Assembly: GCA_011390135.1 (NCBI GenBank)
Contig: JAABSZ010000004.1
Span: 130 to 64,129 of the forward strand
Source of the DNA: Desulfobacteraceae bacterium
Lineage (GTDB): Bacteria > Desulfobacterota > Desulfobacteria > Desulfobacterales > JAABSP01
Length of the DNA stretch: 64,000 nt
Direction: 5' to 3'
Shown here: in pieces, positions 46,181 through 55,525 of the stretch
Position numbering within the stretch: position 1 is the stretch's first letter
Layout of the letters: each line of letters begins with the position of its first letter
The notes under the pieces: model-generated
Seen by the model: the letters and a program-made list of their open reading frames with translations, nothing else
What the model was told of the DNA's origin: nothing
The model's database searches: none
Translations under genes and position numbers: made by a program

Positions 46181-47236
46181 TCATGAAGGGGGAGGCGCAT
46201 ATCCGGGAAAGCCGGAGGAGAAGTGATCTTTCAAGGTTCCGTTCGGCCGCAGGATCACCACCATGCACTCCACATCTTCAAGGGACTCGATCAGGGCAAT
46301 CCCCTGTTCGGGCCCCATAACCATCAGCGCTGTTGCCAGACCATCGGCAAATGTGCAGGTATCCGCGATGACCGATGCGCTGACCACGCCCGTGTTCGCG
46401 GGATAGCCGGTTCTCGGGTCGATGATGTGAGAGTAGCGCTTTCCCTCTATCTCGAAGAAGAGACGATAATTCCCGCTGGTGGCCAGTGCCCCGGTTTCGA
46501 GGGAGAAGGCGTGATAGACCGCATGGGTCTGCGCACCCGGCAGGGGAAGGTTGATGCCTACCCGCCAGGGCTTTCCGTCGGCCTGGGTCCCGGATACGAA
46601 GATCTCCCCGCCGATCTCCACCAGATAGTTATGGACCCCCTCCTTTTCCAGCAGCTCCGAGATCTGATCGACACCATACCCTTTTGCCACAGAAGCAAGA
46701 TCGAGCGTGACCTCCGGGATCTTCTTCTTCAGACGCCGGTTCTCAAGCATCTCGATCCGGTCGAAACCGACAAGTGCGCTGCGGGACTCTATCGCCTCTT
46801 CAGGCGGCGGCTCGATGACAGATCCCTCCCGGCCAAAGCCCCAGAGCGTAACCAATGGATCGACCGTGCCGTCCCATGCGCCCCCTGTAAGCCGGTACAG
46901 TTCCCTTGCCATGATCATCACCTGCATGAAATCATAGGAGATCTCAAAGGGCGCATCGATATCGACCCATTCATTGAAACGGCTGATCTCGCTTTCCGGA
47001 TCATAGGTTGACATGCTCCGGTTGATGGCCCCAAGACGGGCTGCGATCTTCTCCTGAAGCCTTTCCGGGGATCGGTCCGTCACCAACCGGATGTTGTAGG
47101 TGGTTCCCATGGTTCTGCCCGAAAGGATATACTCCTTTTCCCTGCATCCGGAAGAAAAGAGCAGAAGAATGGAGAGAAGGATCGCGATCAGGATCGGAGA
47201 AGTTCTTTGGCGGGTCATCCGGGTCATATTTTTCAT
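46181..47236 (-). CDS. apbE: FAD:protein FMN transferase ApbE (lipoprotein)
   Basis: 351 aa with a lipobox LLFSSGC, MGT...I, ATSGNYRLFFEIEGKRYSHIIDPRTGYP. Confidence 0.85.
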   Translation of the reverse strand: MKNMTRMTRQRTSPILIAILLSILLLFSSGCREKEYILSGRTMGTTYNIRLVTDRSPERLQEKIAARLGAINRSMSTYDPESEISRFNEWVDIDAPFEISYDFMQVMIMARELYRLTGGAWDGTVDPLVTLWGFGREGSVIEPPPEEAIESRSALVGFDRIEMLENRRLKKKIPEVTLDLASVAKGYGVDQISELLEKEGVHNYLVEIGGEIFVSGTQADGKPWRVGINLPLPGAQTHAVYHAFSLETGALATSGNYRLFFEIEGKRYSHIIDPRTGYPANTGVVSASVIADTCTFADGLATALMVMGPEQGIALIESLEDVECMVVILRPNGTLKDHFSSGFPGYAPPPS

Positions 47237-47250
47237 GAGGATTACGCTAT

Positions 47251-48366
47251 TCAGCAGATTCTCGGCAGTTGTTCTCCGGCCAGCATGTCAACAATCCGTG
47301 CGCCCCCGATAGGGGTCTCCATAAAGACCCTTCCGGGATGGTCATCCACAACCTCGCCGATGATGGCCCCATCCTTTCCAAAGGGATCGGCCCTCATGGC
47401 AGAAAGCACCGGCTCGGCATATTCCGGGGGCACAAATGCGAGCAGTTTTCCCTCGTTGGCAACATAGAGCGGGTCAAACCCGAGAAGATCGCAGAGGCCC
47501 GCGACGGCCGGCTTCACCGGCAGATGCGCCTCATAGATCCGAATGCCCTTTCCGGACGCGGCCGCGATCTCATTCAGGGTGGTCCCTACGCCGCCCCGGG
47601 TCGGGTCCCGAAGCACATGGAGATCGGGACAGACCGAAAGCATTTTCAAGACCAGGCCATTCAAGGCTGCGGTGTCGCTCTGCAGAGGGGCATCAAAGGC
47701 CATTCCCTCCCGCTGGGTCAGGATGGTCACGCCGTGGTCCGCCATTGTGCCGCTGAGGATGATCTTATCCCCGATTTGAGCCCGGGTCGAAGCCACATCC
47801 ACCCCGTCCGGAATCCGGCCGATGCCGGAGGTATTGATGAAGATCTTGTCGGCCGCGCCTCTGGGAACGACTTTGGTATCTCCGGTGACGATCTTCACCC
47901 CGGCCTTTTCCGCGGCCGCGGCCATGCTCTTGATGATCCGCCGGAGATGGTCCATGGGAAATCCCTCCTCCAGAATGAGCCCTGCGCTCAACGCCAGCGG
48001 AATCGCGCCGCACATGGCCAGATCATTGACGGTTCCGTTCACCGCAAGCTCTCCGATATCTCCGCCGGGAAAGAAGATGGGATCGACCACAAAGGTGTCG
48101 GTGGAAAACGCGATCCGGCCTTTCTCAACCGCAAGCATCGCGCCGTCATCCAGGGCAGAGAGGGTTGGATTGTCAAAAGCGGGAATCAGCATCTCCTTCA
48201 CCAACTGGTGGGAGAGCTTTCCGCCGCTGCCGTGATCCAGAAGGATCGTTTCGGAAGCAGATGTCCCGGAGGAGCCGGAGGAGAAAGTTTGAGGGGATTT
48301 GGGTTTTGCCATTCTCTCTTCTGCTGCGTCAGGATGGGGGGCCGTGAAATTTATGATATGCCGCAC
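47251..48366 (-). CDS. hypE: hydrogenase maturation carbamoyl dehydratase HypE
   Basis: AIR-synthase-like fold (LDHGSGGKLSHQL) and a diagnostic C-terminal ...EQLPRIC. The start is uncertain; ATG 48312 is also possible. Confidence 0.9.
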   Translation of the reverse strand: MRHIINFTAPHPDAAEERMAKPKSPQTFSSGSSGTSASETILLDHGSGGKLSHQLVKEMLIPAFDNPTLSALDDGAMLAVEKGRIAFSTDTFVVDPIFFPGGDIGELAVNGTVNDLAMCGAIPLALSAGLILEEGFPMDHLRRIIKSMAAAAEKAGVKIVTGDTKVVPRGAADKIFINTSGIGRIPDGVDVASTRAQIGDKIILSGTMADHGVTILTQREGMAFDAPLQSDTAALNGLVLKMLSVCPDLHVLRDPTRGGVGTTLNEIAAASGKGIRIYEAHLPVKPAVAGLCDLLGFDPLYVANEGKLLAFVPPEYAEPVLSAMRADPFGKDGAIIGEVVDDHPGRVFMETPIGGARIVDMLAGEQLPRIC

Positions 48367-49438
48367 AGGTTCCCTCGCTGGATACCATGCAGGGACCCAC
48401 CGGTTCGAGGGGGGTGCAGACCTTGTCGAAGAGCGGACACTGGGGCGGGATCATCTTTCCGGTGAGGATCCGGCCGCAGGCGCACCCTCTGGGCGGCGGG
48501 ACATCCGAGATTTCGATGCCGAAATGGACTGCCGCGTCGAAATCGGCAAATTCTTCTCTTATTACAAGGCCGCTGCCGGGAATAGTTCCCAGCCCCCGCC
48601 ACCGGGCATCATCGGCTGCAAAGACCTGTTCCATCACCGCGATCGCCTTCTGGTTTCCCCCTGGGGTCACGGCCCGGCCATAGCCGTTTTCAAGAAGAGG
48701 CTCTCCTTTTTCAATGGCCGAGATCAGCATCCATACCGCCAGCAGAATGTCGGCCGGCTCGAAGCCCGCGATCGCGCAGGGTATCCGGTGCCGTTCGAAC
48801 AGGGGGCGATACGCCTCGCTTCCGATGATCACCGATACATGCCCCGGCAGGATAAAGCCGTCGATCTCCACGGCCTCGGTCTCCAGAAGAGCGGCCAGTG
48901 CCCGGGGAACGGTCTTGTGGGCAGAAAAGACGAAGAAGTTCTTCAGATCCAGGGATCGGGCCGTCAGGATCGCGGCCGCGATGGCCGGAGCAGTGGTCTC
49001 GAACCCGATGCCGGGAAAGACGATCTTTCTCTTTGGATTCTCCCGGGCAATCGCCACCGCATCCATCGGAGAGTAGACTGCACGGATGTCTCTTCCCGCG
49101 GCCCGCTCCTTCAAAAGGGTCGATCCGCTGCCTGGAACCCGGAGAAGATCCCCGAAGGTTGCGGTGATGACCTTCTCCTCCCGGCTGAGACGGATAAAGG
49201 CATCGATCTCTCCCTGATCCGTGACGCAGACCGGACATCCGGGGCCCGAAAGAAGAGAGATGGTCTCCGGCAGCAGGCTCCTGATCCCGCTTCGGAATAT
49301 GGAGACCGTGTGGGTCCCGCAGACCTCCATCAGCCGGACCGGCTTCAGGCCGGCATCCCGGATCTTTGCAATCAACTGTTTTGCGATTGCCGGATCTTTG
49401 AACTGGTCTCTATCTTCGATGGTCAAACCGTCTTTCAA
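48329..49438 (-). CDS. hypD: hydrogenase maturation factor HypD
   Basis: 369 aa with LMEVCGTHT, GPGCPVCVT, GFETTAP and PGHVS motifs. Confidence 0.9.
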   Translation of the reverse strand: MKDGLTIEDRDQFKDPAIAKQLIAKIRDAGLKPVRLMEVCGTHTVSIFRSGIRSLLPETISLLSGPGCPVCVTDQGEIDAFIRLSREEKVITATFGDLLRVPGSGSTLLKERAAGRDIRAVYSPMDAVAIARENPKRKIVFPGIGFETTAPAIAAAILTARSLDLKNFFVFSAHKTVPRALAALLETEAVEIDGFILPGHVSVIIGSEAYRPLFERHRIPCAIAGFEPADILLAVWMLISAIEKGEPLLENGYGRAVTPGGNQKAIAVMEQVFAADDARWRGLGTIPGSGLVIREEFADFDAAVHFGIEISDVPPPRGCACGRILTGKMIPPQCPLFDKVCTPLEPVGPCMVSSEGTCAAYHKFHGPPS

Positions 49439-49442
49439 CTCC

Positions 49443-49802
49443 TTACAGGCTGAGCACCGCGCTGGTAAAGGAGAGTTCGATCAGCTCGTTTGCCGTGGCA
49501 AGTCTTGCCCCCTCGATCAGATCCCCCTCGTCAAAGCACCTCGATTTGACGCACGGGGTGCAGGCCAGGATGGGAACCTCGAACTCCTGCAGCGTAACCA
49601 GGTGATCGTCTGCGGAATCCCCGGTCGCGGCCCGGATGTTGAGGCACATCCCCTTTTTGGCCAGATAGACCCCCTCATCCAGCAGAAAAACGGCCGCCTT
49701 CTTCCCGGCCTTTGCGGCAAAGGCCGCCATCTGAAGCCCCCGGGTGGCCCGGTTCGGATTGTCGGTTCCGCAGGAGATTACCACCAGAAACGTATCTGCC
49801 AT
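49443..49802 (-). CDS. DsrE/DsrF-like family protein
   Basis: 119 aa, MADTFLVVISCGTDNPNRATRGLQMA..., with a small DsrE-fold pattern including a conserved Cys near the N-terminus. It lies 4 nt upstream of hypD. Confidence 0.6.
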   Translation of the reverse strand: MADTFLVVISCGTDNPNRATRGLQMAAFAAKAGKKAAVFLLDEGVYLAKKGMCLNIRAATGDSADDHLVTLQEFEVPILACTPCVKSRCFDEGDLIEGARLATANELIELSFTSAVLSL

Positions 49803-49904
49803 GTCTGCCTCCTTGAATTTTTGAAAAAATCTTGTCCAACGATCTGTCGCCTCACCCTTCTTATCCTATTTTTCCTTTGTATGCAAGCGGATAGCTCGAT
49901 TTGC

Positions 49905-49934
49905 TTGTCTTTTATGGCCTTGAAGTTATATAAT
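49905..49934 (+). promoter_or_regulatory. sigma70 promoter candidate giving a leaderless AI-2E transporter mRNA
   Basis: TTGTCT (49905-49910), an 18-nt spacer, then a perfect TATAAT (49929-49934). The ATG at 49941 is 7 nt after the -10 element and no RBS is present. Confidence 0.45.
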
Positions 49935-49940
49935 GGGTCA

Positions 49941-51038
49941 ATGAATACAAAAGCAGAAACTCAATCCGATACGGAAGAGACATCTTTTGCAAAACGGGCG
50001 CTGATCGCGACCGGGGTCGGGGCATCGCTCATACTTCTGCTCATCTTTGCCTGGCAGGCGATCCAGATCCTGCTGCTGCTCTTTGCCGGGGTGATGGTGA
50101 GCGTCGTGCTGCAGGGCGCATCCGGCTTCATCAGCCACAGATCCCGCCTCTCTTATAAGATATCCCTTGTGCTGGTCATCCTCCTGATCATCGGGATCGT
50201 CGCGGGACTGGTGATCCTGCTCACCCCCAAGCTGTTTGATCAGGCGGTTCAACTCCCCCAGGAGTTTGCAAAGGCATGGGATTCTCTGGAGGATTATCTG
50301 AGAAAGTTTCAATGGGGGGATTCGATCCTCAAACGGCTCAACCCGGAAAATATCTTCAATAACAAAGAGGGGAACGGCTCCGGGATCGGTTCGAGCCTCA
50401 TCGGCATCTTCTCCTCTACTGCGGGCCTGCTCTCCAGCTTTGTGCTGATCGTGCTGGTGGGGATCTATCTTGCGGCCGAGCCCGATGTCTATAAAAGCGG
50501 TCTGATCCGCCTGATCCCGAAAAAGAGACGGGAGAGAGGCGCCCGGATCTTGAATGAACTCTACCATATTCTTCTGGGCTGGCTCGCGGGGCAGTTTCTC
50601 TCCATGACCATTCTGGGCGCGCTCATGATGACGGGCCTCTGGTTTCTGGATGTGCCTTTGGCCCTGATGCTCGGCCTCTTCATGGGGCTGATGACCATCA
50701 TTCCCTATCTGGGCCCGATCATCTCGGGATTTCCGATCCTGCTGATGGCTCTCTCCAAAAGCCCCACCACCTTTTTCTATGCCGGTATCCTCTTTTTCTT
50801 CGCCCAGAACCTGGAGGGGTATTTCCTCTCTCCTCTGGTGCAGCGAAAAGTCATCTCCCTTCCGCCGGTGCTGATTCTTCCGGCCCAGGTGCTGATGCTC
50901 AACCTCATGGGATTTCTGGGCATTCTCATTGCAACGCCCCTTGTGGCCTGCATCATGGTGCTGGTCCAGCGGATCTACATCGAAGATATCCTGGGCGGTT
51001 CCATGGAGACGACGCCGAAACCCATCGAATCTGCTTGA
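49941..51038 (+). CDS. AI-2E family transporter (PerM-like permease)
   Basis: MNTKAETQSD... followed by about 8 TM segments with the characteristic IIPYLGPI.SG.P motif. The track ORF start at 49221 is an unsupported 240-codon extension running antisense through hypD and the dsrE-like gene. Confidence 0.8.
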   Translation: MNTKAETQSDTEETSFAKRALIATGVGASLILLLIFAWQAIQILLLLFAGVMVSVVLQGASGFISHRSRLSYKISLVLVILLIIGIVAGLVILLTPKLFDQAVQLPQEFAKAWDSLEDYLRKFQWGDSILKRLNPENIFNNKEGNGSGIGSSLIGIFSSTAGLLSSFVLIVLVGIYLAAEPDVYKSGLIRLIPKKRRERGARILNELYHILLGWLAGQFLSMTILGALMMTGLWFLDVPLALMLGLFMGLMTIIPYLGPIISGFPILLMALSKSPTTFFYAGILFFFAQNLEGYFLSPLVQRKVISLPPVLILPAQVLMLNLMGFLGILIATPLVACIMVLVQRIYIEDILGGSMETTPKPIESA

Positions 51039-51099
51039 AAAACCTTTTCGCCTCTGGTAGAGTTCAAAGGGATTGGATCACCTTTCAAGGAGGATAAGC

Positions 51100-53919
51100 A
51101 TGCCCAAGTGGATAAAGTGGATCATCATCTTGCTCGTTGCACTGCTGGGAGTGGCCGCGGTCTTTGTTCTGATCAGCCTTCTTCTGGTCGATTTCATCGT
51201 CGATTACTGGTGGTTCAGCGCCAGAGGATACGGATACTACTTCTTTCTCCGGCTTCTCTATAAGTACCTGATCTTCCTCGGCGTCACCGCGTTCTTTTTT
51301 GGAATCTTCTTTTCCAACTTCTGGGTCGCCTCCCGCTATCTGGGAACCCGGAGCCCCAAAGGAGGAGCCGGGAATCGGCGGGCCCGGTATCTGCTGAAGA
51401 TGTTCAGGACCGGCTCCATGAAGGTCTATCTCCCCTTATCCCTGATCCTGGGGGCCGTCATCGCGATCCCATTCTACATGAACTGGGAGCAGGCGATCCT
51501 CTTTATCTTCGGCCCGGACGCGGGTCTGGAGGACCCGGCCTACGGGATCGACATCAGCTTCTACCTCTTCGACTATCCCATTTTTCTGCTGATCCAGTGG
51601 CATCTTCTGATCACCTTCGGCCTGCTCTTTATCAGCCTTGCACTGCTCTACTGGATCGAGAACCGGATGCTGGCTACCACGGAGTTCAGCCTTCCAAAAG
51701 GTGCGAGAATCCACCTGACCGTCATCATCCTCATCGTCATCGGCATCCAGATATGGGGGTTCATGCTGGAGCAGTACGGTCTGCTCTATTACAATGATCC
51801 GGACAGGGTCTTCTTCGGCCCCGGGTATGTGGAGATGTACTTCTTACTGCCGCTGATCTGGGTCAAGATATTCCTCTTCACGGGCGCGGCCTTATCCCTC
51901 ATCTTCATGATCCTTCGCTACAGAGGAACCCGGCTCTTTGCCGCCTTTGTCCTCCTCTTCGGCCTGACGCTGATTGCGGAAAAGACCCATTTCATATCCG
52001 ACACGCTCGAAAAATACATCGTCGAGCCCAACGAACTGGTAAAGCAGTTGCCCTTCATCTCCAGAAATATCGACGCCACCCTCGATGCCTACAAGCTCAA
52101 CGATATCGAAACCCGGGAGTATATCATCGATCCCATCTCCGTGGTTTCCGAGACCGATGACCTGGTCAAGAACCTCCAGAACATCCCGGTCTGGGACAGG
52201 GAGCTGCTCGATGATGTCTATGAGGAGCGCCAGGCTATCCGCCCCTACTACTCCTTTCCCGGCATCGACATCGACCGCTACACCGTGAACGGCGTCCACC
52301 AGCAGGTCAACCTGGCTGCCCGCGAGATCATGACCCGGAAGCTGCCCCCCCAGGCCGCGAACAGTTGGATCAACAAACGGCTCCAGTACACCCACGGATA
52401 CGGCCTGGTCATGAACCCCGCGGCCCAGGGCGGGGATAAGTCCATACGCTGGTTCGTCCAGGACATCCCCCTGCGCTCCGACTTCGGCTTTGCGATCAAA
52501 CAGCCGGCCGTCTATTACGGGCTGGAGGAGTACGAGTATGTCATAGCTCCCTCGGAACTGGGGGAGATCCACTATCCGGAGCGGGAGGGGAACGTGCTGA
52601 TCCATTACGACGGAAACGGCGGGGTTCCTATGAACAACCTCTTCAGAAAGCTCCTCTTTGCGGTTCACTACAAGGAAAGAAACATCTTCTTCACCACAAA
52701 GACCACCGAAAACAGCCGTATCCTGTTCCGGCGGAACATCCTGAAGGCGATCAATATTCTGACCCCCTTCTTCCGCCTCGACCGGGACCCCTATGTGGTG
52801 ATGACCCCGGAGCGGATCTACTGGATTCAGGATGCCTACACCACATCGAAGTCGTATCCGTATGTCCATGAGTACCAGGGGGAGTTCAACTATATCCGCA
52901 ACTCGGTCAAGATCATCGTGGATGCCTACAACGGGGATATCTTCTTCTACACCTTCGACCCGGATGACCCGATCATCCGCGCCTATGAACGGGCCTATCC
53001 GAACCTGCTCAGGCCCCCGGAGGAGATCCCCGAATACCTGCGGCCCCATATCCGGTATCCCAAAGACATCTTCGATGCTCAGATGGATGTCTACACCAAG
53101 TACCACCAGATGGACCCGGAACTCTTCTACCGCCAGGAGGACCACTGGGAGTTTGCGGGGATCGAGACCGCGCTCATGCGCTCCTACTATCTGACCCTGA
53201 ACCTCATCAACGAGGACCGGCACGAATTCATCCTGATCTCCCCCATGAGCCCCATGAACCGGGACAACCTGCGGGCCATGCCGGTGGTCGGGTCCGACGG
53301 AAAGAATTACGGCAGGATACTGATCTACAACTTTCCAAAGGGCCAGCAGGTCTATGGGCCTGCCCAGGTGAGTTCCCTCATCGATCAGGACACGGCCATC
53401 GCGCAGGAGTTCACCCTCTGGGATCAGGCCGGCTCACAGGTGATCCGGGGGCGGATGATCGTCCTGCCGGTGGAGAATGTCATCCTCTACATCCAGCCGG
53501 TCTATCTCGTCTCCTCCACAAGGCTCAAGATCCCGGAGCTGGTCCGGCTCATCATCAGTGAAGGAACCGCTGTAGTTATGGATAGGGATCTTATGGAAGG
53601 ATTGCGGAAACTGGAGGCCCGGGTGCTGGAGAGAGGAGAGCCGATGGATGGCCGGTTTCCCAGCCAGGCTACGGCCGAAGAGATTCCGGCCGAAGAGGTT
53701 GGGGCCGAAGGGGAAGGGATTCCGGTTGAAGAGATCCCGGCCGAAGAGGTTCCGGCCGAAGAGATCCCAGCCGAAGAGATCCCTGCCGAAGAGATCCCTG
53801 CCGAAGAGATTCCTGCCGAAGAGATTCCTGCCGAAGAGATTCCTGCCGAAGAGATTCCCGGCGTGCCGGATGAGGCGCTGCCGGAGACCGGCGAGGCCCC
53901 GACGCCGGGGAATCCATAA
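51100..53919 (+). CDS. UPF0182-family large membrane protein with repetitive acidic C-terminal tail
   Basis: The ATG at 51100 follows AAGGAGG. There is an N-terminal bundle of about 7 TM segments, then a large soluble region containing IYWIQDAYTTSKSYPY, and the tail is an EEIPA repeat. Confidence 0.75.
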   Translation: MPKWIKWIIILLVALLGVAAVFVLISLLLVDFIVDYWWFSARGYGYYFFLRLLYKYLIFLGVTAFFFGIFFSNFWVASRYLGTRSPKGGAGNRRARYLLKMFRTGSMKVYLPLSLILGAVIAIPFYMNWEQAILFIFGPDAGLEDPAYGIDISFYLFDYPIFLLIQWHLLITFGLLFISLALLYWIENRMLATTEFSLPKGARIHLTVIILIVIGIQIWGFMLEQYGLLYYNDPDRVFFGPGYVEMYFLLPLIWVKIFLFTGAALSLIFMILRYRGTRLFAAFVLLFGLTLIAEKTHFISDTLEKYIVEPNELVKQLPFISRNIDATLDAYKLNDIETREYIIDPISVVSETDDLVKNLQNIPVWDRELLDDVYEERQAIRPYYSFPGIDIDRYTVNGVHQQVNLAAREIMTRKLPPQAANSWINKRLQYTHGYGLVMNPAAQGGDKSIRWFVQDIPLRSDFGFAIKQPAVYYGLEEYEYVIAPSELGEIHYPEREGNVLIHYDGNGGVPMNNLFRKLLFAVHYKERNIFFTTKTTENSRILFRRNILKAINILTPFFRLDRDPYVVMTPERIYWIQDAYTTSKSYPYVHEYQGEFNYIRNSVKIIVDAYNGDIFFYTFDPDDPIIRAYERAYPNLLRPPEEIPEYLRPHIRYPKDIFDAQMDVYTKYHQMDPELFYRQEDHWEFAGIETALMRSYYLTLNLINEDRHEFILISPMSPMNRDNLRAMPVVGSDGKNYGRILIYNFPKGQQVYGPAQVSSLIDQDTAIAQEFTLWDQAGSQVIRGRMIVLPVENVILYIQPVYLVSSTRLKIPELVRLIISEGTAVVMDRDLMEGLRKLEARVLERGEPMDGRFPSQATAEEIPAEEVGAEGEGIPVEEIPAEEVPAEEIPAEEIPAEEIPAEEIPAEEIPAEEIPAEEIPGVPDEALPETGEAPTPGNP
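53674..53860 (+). repeat. 15-bp coding tandem repeat (pentapeptide EEIPA/EEVPA units)
   Basis: GCCGAAGAGAT(T/C)CC(N) is repeated, with seven consecutive EEIPA units plus degenerate flanking units. The copies differ mainly at synonymous third positions. Confidence 0.9.
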
Positions 53920-53934
53920 AAAGGAATGATATCC

Positions 53935-55515
53935 TTATGACCGGGGCAGTTCGACGGTGAACCGGGTCCCTGCCGGGGAGGTCGAAACAGAGACCTCTCC
54001 GCCGTGGGCCTCGGTGAACTGCTTTACGATGGCCAGCCCCAGGCCGGTTCCCTTGGACTTTCCGTAAGTGGAAAAGGGAACGAAGAGGTGTTCTCTGATC
54101 TCCTCGGCAATCCCCCCGCCGTTGTCGGAGACCTCGAATCGAACCTTCCCCTCCTCTCCATCCGTCACCTTCAGAAGAATGGAAGGCGCATCGGGCTTTC
54201 TCTTCTCAACGGCCTCGGCCGCATTCCTTATCAGATTGACCATGACCCGAAAGATCTTTCTCTCATCTGCGGGAAAGGGAGTATCCGAATCCATCTCCAC
54301 CTTCATGGGGACAGACAACTCCCGGAGATTTTCCGCCACCGATCTTGCCACCGATTCCACAAATGGCCCCATGAGGATGGTATCTTTGGTCAGCTCCGCA
54401 TTATGGGTGAAGTCGAGGATATCCTCAACCAGGGCCAGCGCGGCCACGGCCTGCTCGTCGATGAGCCGGTGGATCTCCTTTACCGCGTCCGGATCATCGG
54501 CCATTTCGGCCGCCATTGACGTTGCGCTGCAGATGCTGCCGATGGGCCCCCGGAGATCATGGGCCACCATGCCGATCGCCTTCCCCACCGCGGAGAGCTT
54601 CTCGTTTCGGATCAGGGTCTCCTGAAGATCGACATTCGCGATGGTCAGAGCCGCCTGCTCCAGAAAGAGGCGCACCAGATAGATCCGCTCGATGTTGATG
54701 GACCGGACCCCATCCTGCAGCAGCGCGACGATCCCGTACCGGCCCAACTGGAAGAAGAGGAATCTCTCGGCATAATGGGTCATCCGCTCGGGAAAGCCGG
54801 TTTTTTCCAGCTCCAGGATATACTCGTTCTCCGAACCGGTCTCGGCAAGGGCCCCGATGCTGATCACTTTGTCGAAAAACCCTTTGCTGTTCTGCACCAC
54901 CAGCATCGCGGAAAGGGTTCCCAGCATATCGGCCACCTGCTGAAGGATGTTGTTTAGCAGCGGCTTGAGCTGCCATCGGCTGGCCCGGAGATGGGAGGTG
55001 ATCTCGATGAGATCCTCCAGGCTTCTGGCCTTGTTCCACTCATAGACCGCCTTTGTGGCGATCTGGCGCACCTCCTCCACGGAAAAAGGCTTGCAGTGGT
55101 AGCTGACATTCATGCCGGCCCGGGCCACCACCTCTTCGATGCCGTAGTCGCTGTATGCGGTGACAAAGATGATCTCGGCCCGCTCATCCACATCCCGAAT
55201 CCGCTGAACAGTCTCCAGGCCATCCCATCCCGGCATCCGCATGTCCACAAAGATTGCGGCAAAGGGCTGCTCTTTTTCAATGGCCTCTTTAACCATTTCA
55301 AAACCTTCGATGCCGTTGGCAGCTACGGAAAGCTCAAACCGGAAAGAGTTCTCCTCTTTCCGGTCCCGGGCCGTCCCCTTCCCGAAAAGAACCTCCGATG
55401 CCCGATCCAGCGAATAGGAATCCCGGCGCTTGGGAACCAGAATATCCCGGAAACTGTCTCTTATGGTTTCATCATCATCGATGACCAGAATGCGGTTGTT
55501 GAAGACATGTCTCAT
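53935..55515 (-). CDS. hybrid signalling protein: N-terminal receiver + sensor region + histidine kinase
   Basis: 526 aa with a REC domain (ILVIDDDETIRD...FVDMRMPGWDG), an H-box AHDLRGPIGSI and HATPase_c motifs (DNGGGI, GTGLGLAIVK). Confidence 0.85.
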   Translation of the reverse strand: MRHVFNNRILVIDDDETIRDSFRDILVPKRRDSYSLDRASEVLFGKGTARDRKEENSFRFELSVAANGIEGFEMVKEAIEKEQPFAAIFVDMRMPGWDGLETVQRIRDVDERAEIIFVTAYSDYGIEEVVARAGMNVSYHCKPFSVEEVRQIATKAVYEWNKARSLEDLIEITSHLRASRWQLKPLLNNILQQVADMLGTLSAMLVVQNSKGFFDKVISIGALAETGSENEYILELEKTGFPERMTHYAERFLFFQLGRYGIVALLQDGVRSINIERIYLVRLFLEQAALTIANVDLQETLIRNEKLSAVGKAIGMVAHDLRGPIGSICSATSMAAEMADDPDAVKEIHRLIDEQAVAALALVEDILDFTHNAELTKDTILMGPFVESVARSVAENLRELSVPMKVEMDSDTPFPADERKIFRVMVNLIRNAAEAVEKRKPDAPSILLKVTDGEEGKVRFEVSDNGGGIAEEIREHLFVPFSTYGKSKGTGLGLAIVKQFTEAHGGEVSVSTSPAGTRFTVELPRS

Positions 55516-55525
55516 TCCTGCTCCT

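Noticed and set aside
49221-49940. 240-codon N-terminal extension of the AI-2E transporter ORF
   Set aside because: The extension runs antisense through hypD and the dsrE-like gene and across the divergent promoter region. The transporter family begins near MNTKAE... (49941).
53674-53860. Possibility that the tandem arrays here (also 11470-11516 and 15417-15458) are CRISPR arrays
   Set aside because: The units are 7-15 bp and directly abutting, with no unique spacers and no cas genes. One of them lies inside a coding region.
53648-53929. Track ORFs made of RPKRF / SLRQE repeats (53648-53929 plus, 53669-53917 minus)
   Set aside because: They are alternative-frame and antisense readings of the 15-bp EEIPA coding repeat. 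They are artefacts of the periodicity.
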